In this document: one piece after another, positions 58,219 to 64,000 of the stretch | Layout of the letters: each line of letters starts with the position of its first letter | Numbering within the stretch: the stretch's first letter is position 1 | Source of the DNA: Candidatus Latescibacterota bacterium | Lineage (GTDB): Bacteria; Latescibacterota; UBA2968; UBA8231 | Assembly: GCA_965221775.1 (NCBI GenBank) | Contig: CBDCSU010000004.1 | Span: forward strand, 352,001 to 416,000 | Reading direction: 5' to 3' | DNA: 64,000 bases | Made by a program: the position numbers and the translations under genes | The notes under the pieces: model-generated | Told to the model about the DNA's origin: nothing | The model's database searches: none | The model's input: only the letters and a program-made list of their open reading frames with translations

Positions 58219-59107
58219 GGGCCGGGCCGAGGACCGAAACCGGCGACCAGCGCCCCTGACCGAGGACGATCAGGCCGGCCAGACCCGGCACCACGAGGTT
58301 GACGGCACACAGCGCGAGGGCGGCCTGCAGGGCCACCGCCGGCTGGACTCCGGCCAGCCCGAGGACGGAGACCGCGGCGAACTCGCGCACCCCCAGGTCG
58401 AGGAAGCTGATCGGCAGCAGGGTCTTGAGGGCGAAGACGGCGGGCACGCTCCAGAAGACGGAGGGGGGCAGGGGACCGGCAGCCAGCAGCAGGAGGTGGA
58501 ACTGCGCGAAGAAGACCAGGTTGAAGACCGCGGAACCGCAGAGATTGGCAGCCCAGCCGCGACCGGGAACCGCGCTCAGCACCTCGAGCCATTCGCGGCG
58601 GTGCCGACAGCGGCGAAGGAGGTACCATCCAGCCCCCCCGATCGCCACGGCCGACGCCGCGCCGCCGAGGAGCCAGCCACCCCCGATCCCGGGGAGGACG
58701 GATGCCGAGAGGGCGCCCGCCAGCAGCGTCACTCCAGCGGATGTCGTGCGGTCCGCCGCGGCCAGCTGGGTGGCGGCCAGCCGCCGTCCCGGCAGGATCA
58801 GGCCGCGGCCGAGCTCCCCTACCCGCCCGGGGGTGATGAGACCCAGGCCGAAGCCGGCCAGCAGGGACCGCAGCGCGTCGGCGCCGGAGACCTCGGGAGC
58901 CGCCGCGCGCAGCAGGACCCTCCACTTCCACCACTGCAGGACAAGACCGACCGGCAGGAGAGCCACGGCGGCCCCGGCGAAACGCAGGTCCAGCCCGGCC
59001 ACCGTGCGCAGCAACGCCTGCGGCGACGTGGTCAGGCCGACGACGCCGGCCAGGAGGACGAGGCCGACGGCGACTCTCGCGAGGGACGAGGGCAGCCGCC
59101 CCATCAC
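58208..59107 (-). CDS. Lysylphosphatidylglycerol synthase TM-domain (UPF0104) protein
   Basis: Motifs [20 protein letters not shown] and [11 protein letters not shown]. Confidence 0.8.
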   Translation of the reverse strand: MMGRLPSSLARVAVGLVLLAGVVGLTTSPQALLRTVAGLDLRFAGAAVALLPVGLVLQWWKWRVLLRAAAPEVSGADALRSLLAGFGLGLITPGRVGELGRGLILPGRRLAATQLAAADRTTSAGVTLLAGALSASVLPGIGGGWLLGGAASAVAIGGAGWYLLRRCRHRREWLEVLSAVPGRGWAANLCGSAVFNLVFFAQFHLLLLAAGPLPPSVFWSVPAVFALKTLLPISFLDLGVREFAAVSVLGLAGVQPAVALQAALALCAVNLVVPGLAGLIVLGQGRWSPVSVLGPAHAR

Positions 59108-59397
59108 GAGCCGGGTCCGGGCCCGGCCGCAGAGCTCAGCAGCGGCTCGAGGGATGGGTGCGGCCGGGGTATCACGTGAACGGCGACGACCTCCCCCACG
59201 GCGCGCGCCGCCCGCTCGCCGGCCTCGGTGGCGGCGCGCACGGCGGCCACGTCCCCGCGGACCAGGGCGGTGATCAGCCCTCCGCCGACGGGGTGCCAGC
59301 CGAGGAGCTCCACCTCAGCTGCCTTGACCATGGCGTCGCTGGCCTCGACGAGGGCCACCAGGCCGCGGGTCTCGATCAGCCCGAGGGCATCGCCCAT
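59104..59397 (-). CDS. Bacterial microcompartment shell protein (BMC-H)
   Basis: Motif [24 protein letters not shown]...[11 protein letters not shown]...VHVIPRPH. Confidence 0.93.
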   Translation of the reverse strand: MGDALGLIETRGLVALVEASDAMVKAAEVELLGWHPVGGGLITALVRGDVAAVRAATEAGERAARAVGEVVAVHVIPRPHPSLEPLLSSAAGPGPGS

Positions 59398-59522
59398 GTT
59401 TGGATAACATTCTCGGAGAAAAGGACTTGCAGGGTTCTTCGGGAGCAACCGGGCAATAATCGCGCCGCCCCCGGCATCGGTCAAGGCGGCGGGGCCGGCC
59501 CGATGGCCCCCCGGGACGCCGG

Positions 59523-60611
59523 TCAGCGGAACAGGAAGGTGATCACCTCGCCGTCCCCGACCACGTGGTCCCGGCCCTCGGAACGCAGCCTCCCCGTGTC
59601 CCGCAGCCGCGCCGCGTCCCCGTCCACCGACAGCACGTCGGCGACGGTGGTCACCTCGGCGCGGATGAACCCGGCCTCCATGTCGGAGTGGATGCGGCCG
59701 GCGGCGGCGGCCGCCTTCGTGCCCGACGGCACCTGCCAGGCCTGCAGCTTGTCGTTGGCCAGGGTGTAGAAGGTGATCAGCCCGAGCAGATCGCGCGCTT
59801 CCCTCAGGAGGCGGTCGACACCACTCTCCCGCATACCCAGGGTGGCGATGAACTCCTCCCGCTCCTCCTCCCCCAGTTGGGCGAGCTCGGCCTCGATGCC
59901 GGCGGAGATCCCCAGGACCGACCGCGGTCCGTAACGGTCGCGGAGGGCGCTGGCGGAGCGGGCCTCCACCCCGTCCTCTTCCGACACGTTGGCCACGACG
60001 AGCACCGGCTTGCCGGTGAGGAAGTCGTATCCTCGGAGGGCCGCCAGGTGCTCCGGTGAGAGATGGCCCTGTCGAAGTGGAACTCCCTCCGACAGGATCC
60101 CATGGGCCGCCCCCAGGGCGGCCAGCTCCGTCTGCCGGCCGGACTTCGGATCGGACCGCACCACCTTGTCGAGCTGGGGCAGATTGCCCTCGGCCACCTC
60201 CAGGTCAGCCAGGATCAGCTCGGTGTCCACCGTGTCGGCGTCCCTCGGCGGGTCGAGGTCCCCCTCCACGTGGGAGACCGTCTCCGCCTCGAAGCAGCGC
60301 ACCACGTGAAGCAGGGCGTCGGTCTGGCGCACGTCGGCGAGGAACTGGTTGCCCCTCCCCTCTCCGCGGCTGGCGCCGCGCACCAGACCCGCGATGTCGG
60401 TGATCCGGATGGCCGCCGGGGTGCAGCTGGCCGGCTGCAGCGCCCCTTCGAGCCGGCGCAGGCGCCCATCGGGAACGTCGACGACGGCCACGTTCGGCTC
60501 GATGGTGCAGAAGGGATAGCTGGAGGCCGCCGCCGACCCCCGGCTCAGGGCGTTGAACAGGGTCGACTTGCCTGCGTTGGGCAGACCGACGATCCCGACG
60601 GAGAGGCTCAT
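59523..60611 (-). CDS. ychF: Ribosome-binding ATPase YchF
   Basis: Motifs [36 protein letters not shown] and [13 protein letters not shown]. Confidence 0.95.
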   Translation of the reverse strand: MSLSVGIVGLPNAGKSTLFNALSRGSAAASSYPFCTIEPNVAVVDVPDGRLRRLEGALQPASCTPAAIRITDIAGLVRGASRGEGRGNQFLADVRQTDALLHVVRCFEAETVSHVEGDLDPPRDADTVDTELILADLEVAEGNLPQLDKVVRSDPKSGRQTELAALGAAHGILSEGVPLRQGHLSPEHLAALRGYDFLTGKPVLVVANVSEEDGVEARSASALRDRYGPRSVLGISAGIEAELAQLGEEEREEFIATLGMRESGVDRLLREARDLLGLITFYTLANDKLQAWQVPSGTKAAAAAGRIHSDMEAGFIRAEVTTVADVLSVDGDAARLRDTGRLRSEGRDHVVGDGEVITFLFR

Positions 60612-62299
60612 CCGCCCTCCTCCGCCGGCAGCAGACCCGGGCGGACCATCAAGGTCTTCTCCCGCCTCACCGAGGCCAGACCCGGCGGGCCACCCCTGGG
60701 CTTGGAGACGTACTTGGCGAGGGTGTAGATGACGGGCACCTTGCCGGCCGTGCGGCCCTTGCTCCACCAGGCGGCCACCGCCGCCGCCTCTTCGAGGGTC
60801 TTCCGCGACGGCTCGTCCTTGCGTCCCTCGCGGCGCAGGATCACGTGGGAGCCGGAGTAGCCCCGGGCGTGGAACCAGAAGTCGTTCTGGGCCGCCATGC
60901 GATGGGAGAGCCGGTCGTTCTCCTGGTTGTTCCGTCCGGCCCACACCGACCAGCCCGAGGAGGTGCGGTAGCGGCGCGGATGGGCGGGCGAGTCCTGTCG
61001 ACCGTCCGCAGCCGCCCGGCCGTCCCTGTTCAGACCCAGGTTCTCCTCCCAGCGCTCCATCTCCTTCTCCGGCAACTGGTTGTCCCTGTTCTTCTCAAGC
61101 TTCTTCAGAAGGAGGCGGGTCTCCTCCAACTGCTCCTCCACCCGCTCCAGGCGCGGCGGCAGCACCTCCAGCCTGCGGCGCAGGCGCCGGGCCCGCTTGA
61201 GCATGCGGCCGGCCTGGCCCGCCGCCGACCGCCCCGGCTCCAGCTCGACGACGATGGCCGCCGCCTCCGGGTCGTGCACGTCGGTCACCTCCAGACGGCC
61301 CGGCCCCCTGGCGCCCGGGTCGCCGGCGGCCATCAGGGAGTGGGCGGCCCTCTCCAGGTGGTCCACTTGGCGGGCCTCCTCGAGGTCGGAGTTCAGCGCC
61401 GCCCTGCGGCGCTCGAGCCGGCCGGCGGCCCGGCTCAGCCGGGAGCGCTGGCCGGCGCCGGCAGAAGGGGCGGCCTCGGCCAGGGGCGCCCGAAGGGCGT
61501 CGCTCACGGAGCCGAAGACCTGCACCTCGGCCGCGGCAACCGGCTCCAACAGGGAGACCCGCACCCATCCCCCGCCCGCGGGCCACCGGAACACCTGGAG
61601 GTGGCAGCCGCCGTGCAGCCGCCGGCCCGCCTCGTGCAGTCTCTCGGCCACGGCCGGTCCGCAATCGCTCAGCGGCCGGGTCGGGTCGGCGCCGGCCTCG
61701 GCGCACCATCGGGCGATGACGTGACGGTCCAGGCCGGCCAGCGACCGGCGCATCGCCTCCTCCAGGGTTCCCTCCCCCGCGAGCACCGCCTCCCAGTCCG
61801 CCCTCTCGATGGCGGCGGGATCGAGACGGCCGGAGAGGCCGGGAGACCGATAGGAGTCGCCCGTGCGCGGCGCCCGCCGGTCGCCCCCGGCGGACCAGGT
61901 CCCGAGGATCCGGCCGTGGCGCTCCCCCACGAGGCAGAGCCGGTACCGGGGCGGGACCAGCACGATGTGGAGGACGCCGTACGTCGGATCCCCGGCGGCG
62001 TCTTTGCGCTGCAGGCGAACCTGCAGGACGCGGTCGCCCTCGGCGCAGGAAACCGCCTCCACGCGGGCCCCGAGGAGGTAGCGCAGGGAGCGGTCTCCCC
62101 GCTCCGGACGCTCCGGCGACGGACCCAGAGCGAGACCGCCCGGGGGGCCGAAACGGACCTGCAGCGAGTGCTCCGAGGCCCCCTGCGCCTCGAGGGACAT
62201 CCCCTCGGCGTCGGCGGCGGCCTGCCGCAGGCGGAGGCCGCTCCAGGCGGCGCCCAGTTCCTCGGAGAGCAACTCGAGCGTGATCCGGTCGAGGAGCAT
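60608..62299 (-). CDS. rqcH: NFACT family protein (RqcH/Rqc2-like)
   Basis: N-terminal NFACT-like region, coiled coil, and NFACT-R domain (GRNNQENDRL...DFWFHARGYSGSHVI). Confidence 0.85.
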   Translation of the reverse strand: MLLDRITLELLSEELGAAWSGLRLRQAAADAEGMSLEAQGASEHSLQVRFGPPGGLALGPSPERPERGDRSLRYLLGARVEAVSCAEGDRVLQVRLQRKDAAGDPTYGVLHIVLVPPRYRLCLVGERHGRILGTWSAGGDRRAPRTGDSYRSPGLSGRLDPAAIERADWEAVLAGEGTLEEAMRRSLAGLDRHVIARWCAEAGADPTRPLSDCGPAVAERLHEAGRRLHGGCHLQVFRWPAGGGWVRVSLLEPVAAAEVQVFGSVSDALRAPLAEAAPSAGAGQRSRLSRAAGRLERRRAALNSDLEEARQVDHLERAAHSLMAAGDPGARGPGRLEVTDVHDPEAAAIVVELEPGRSAAGQAGRMLKRARRLRRRLEVLPPRLERVEEQLEETRLLLKKLEKNRDNQLPEKEMERWEENLGLNRDGRAAADGRQDSPAHPRRYRTSSGWSVWAGRNNQENDRLSHRMAAQNDFWFHARGYSGSHVILRREGRKDEPSRKTLEEAAAVAAWWSKGRTAGKVPVIYTLAKYVSKPRGGPPGLASVRREKTLMVRPGLLPAEEGG

Positions 62300-62343
62300 G
62301 GGTCAGTCGATCCTGAGGCGCGGCCGGAGCCGGGGCCGCTGCT

Positions 62344-64000
62344 TCAGTTGGCGAGCATCTCCAGGCTCGAGGACAGCCTGGCGAGGCTGGCGCGGCACTC
62401 CCCCTGGCGCAGGCGCTCCTTCTCGACCACCGCCGCCGGCGCCTTGGCCAGGAAGGCCTCGTTGCCGAGCTTCCGCTCCAGGCCAAGCAGCAGGCCCTGC
62501 AGCTTGTCGATCTCCTTGCGCAGCCGGCGTGTCTCGGCATCGACGTCGATCACCCCCTCGAGGGGGATGAAGAGCTCCACCTCCCCCACCACGGCACTGC
62601 CGGAAGAGGGCGGCTGCGGCAGGCCGACGCCCACCTCGACCGACTCCGCCCCGACCAAGGCCTGCAGGTAGGCCCGCCGGCGATCGAGGGTGGAGGCGGT
62701 CTCCGGGCCGGCGGTGGAGATCACGAGGGCCACCTTGCGCCCCCGGGGCACGTTGAGCTCGCTGCGGATCGTGCGCGCCGCCGAGATCACCTCCTGCAGA
62801 AAGGCCATCTCCCGCTCGGCGTCGTCGTCCAGGTCCCCCTCCTCGGCCACCGGCCAGGAGGCGATCATCAGGCTCTCGGCCTTGTCGTCCACCGGCAGTT
62901 GCTGCCACAGCTCCTCGGTGACGAAGGGCATGATCGGGTGCATCAGGCGCAGCGCCTGCTCGAGGACGGAGACCAGCACGCCCCGCACCTGGTCCCGTTC
63001 GGCCGGCGACCCGGCCAGGAGACGGGGCTTGGCCAGCTCGATGTACCAGTCGCAGTAGTCCCGCCAGAGGAAGTCGTGGAGCGCCCGGGTGGCCTCGCCG
63101 AAGCGGCACCCCTCCTGGGCCTGATCGACGAGCTGCACCGTGCGCGCCAGCCGGCTGCGGATCCAGCGGTCGGCGAGATCCTCGGGAGGAGCGGCGGAGG
63201 ACGGCGCCGCCTGGCCGTCGAGGTTCATCAGCACGTAGCGCGCGGAGTTCCACAGCTTGTTGCAGAACCGCCGCCCCGACTCGGCGCTGAGACTCTCCTT
63301 GACCTCGTTGTCGGCCACGTCGGCGTCGAAGCGCATGTCCTGGGTGGAGCCGCACTGGGCCAGCAGGCTCCAGCGGGTGGCGTCGGCGCCGTAGAGGCGC
63401 ACCAGGTCGAGGGGGTTCAGGCCGGTGCCGAGACTCTTGCTCATCCGGCGACCGTCGCGGGTGAACACCGTGGGGTGCACGAGGACCTTGCGGAAGGGGA
63501 TCTCGTCGACGAACTCCAGCGCCGTCATCACCATCCGCAGGACCCACAAGTAGAGGATCTGGCGGTCGGTGATCATGAGATCGGTGGGGTGGAAGTACTC
63601 CAGGTCCTCGGTCGAGTCGGGCCAACCCAGGGTGGCGAAGGGCCACAGGGCCGAGGAGAACCACGTGTCGAGCACGTCGGGGTCCTGCACGATGCGGCGG
63701 CCGCCGCACTCCGGGCAGGCCTCCGGCGCCTCGACGCCGACCAGCGGCCGGGCGCCGCCCTCCACCGAGACGCGGAAGGCGCCGGCAGCCAGGGCCTCGT
63801 CCCGCCCGTACCCGCTCACCGGCTCCAGGCCATCGCCCGAGCAATCGGCGCAGTACCAGGCCGGGATCCTGTGGCCCCACCAGATCTGCCGCGACAAGGC
63901 CCAGTCGCGGATGGTGTCCAGCCACTCCAGGGCATAGCTCCGGTAGCGGTCGGGCACGTAGGCGACCTGCGCCGCCGCCCTGCCGTCGAGGTGGGGGCGA
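62344..64000 (-). CDS. valS: Valine--tRNA ligase (5'-truncated by the window edge)
   Basis: Motifs DWALSRQIWWGHRIP, DVLDTWFSSALWPF, RMSKSLG and FCNKLWN, plus the C-terminal coiled coil. The frame stays open to the window end. Confidence 0.96.
   Translation of the reverse strand, partial: RPHLDGRAAAQVAYVPDRYRSYALEWLDTIRDWALSRQIWWGHRIPAWYCADCSGDGLEPVSGYGRDEALAAGAFRVSVEGGARPLVGVEAPEACPECGGRRIVQDPDVLDTWFSSALWPFATLGWPDSTEDLEYFHPTDLMITDRQILYLWVLRMVMTALEFVDEIPFRKVLVHPTVFTRDGRRMSKSLGTGLNPLDLVRLYGADATRWSLLAQCGSTQDMRFDADVADNEVKESLSAESGRRFCNKLWNSARYVLMNLDGQAAPSSAAPPEDLADRWIRSRLARTVQLVDQAQEGCRFGEATRALHDFLWRDYCDWYIELAKPRLLAGSPAERDQVRGVLVSVLEQALRLMHPIMPFVTEELWQQLPVDDKAESLMIASWPVAEEGDLDDDAEREMAFLQEVISAARTIRSELNVPRGRKVALVISTAGPETASTLDRRRAYLQALVGAESVEVGVGLPQPPSSGSAVVGEVELFIPLEGVIDVDAETRRLRKEIDKLQGLLLGLERKLGNEAFLAKAPAAVVEKERLRQGECRASLARLSSSLEMLAN

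Noticed and set aside
59455-59484. Possible promoter for the BMC gene (TTGACC, 17 bp, GATTAT on the minus strand)
   Set aside because: The -10 box is weak, so it is plausible but not supported well enough to list.

Overview
A very GC-rich bacterial chromosomal window, roughly 70% GC by eye. The gene content suggests an FCB/PVC-side lineage such as Ca. Latescibacterota, but that is inference only. Most of it is housekeeping: mreB-mreC, HU, four tRNAs, miaA, der, rimP-nusA-infB-rbfA-truB-rpsO-pnp, asnS, leuS, mutL, hprK, rsgA, two prs, apt, hemB, thrC, ychF, rqcH and a partial valS. Two regions stand out. (1) A ~1.3 kb cassette between the convergent leuS and mutL genes holds a single tyrosine recombinase. 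It has a perfect 13-6-13 palindromic site upstream and is bracketed by two dif-like 11-6-11 sites. (2) A translationally coupled three-gene membrane system at 2-9309 encodes two OPT-like polytopic proteins and a 1483-aa fusion of a degenerate (nicastrin/nicalin-like) M28 peptidase domain with a MacB/FtsX permease. One OPT-like protein has a zinc-finger-like insert and Ca-binding repeats. Smaller observations include a probable non-catalytic PRPP synthetase paralog, a TPAT-type TRAP transporter, a satellite microcompartment locus, a plant-like thrC/cystathionine gamma-synthase pair and a stand-alone riboflavin kinase. No CRISPR array, rRNA or IS element was seen. All calls come from motif recognition by eye; no database searches were run.
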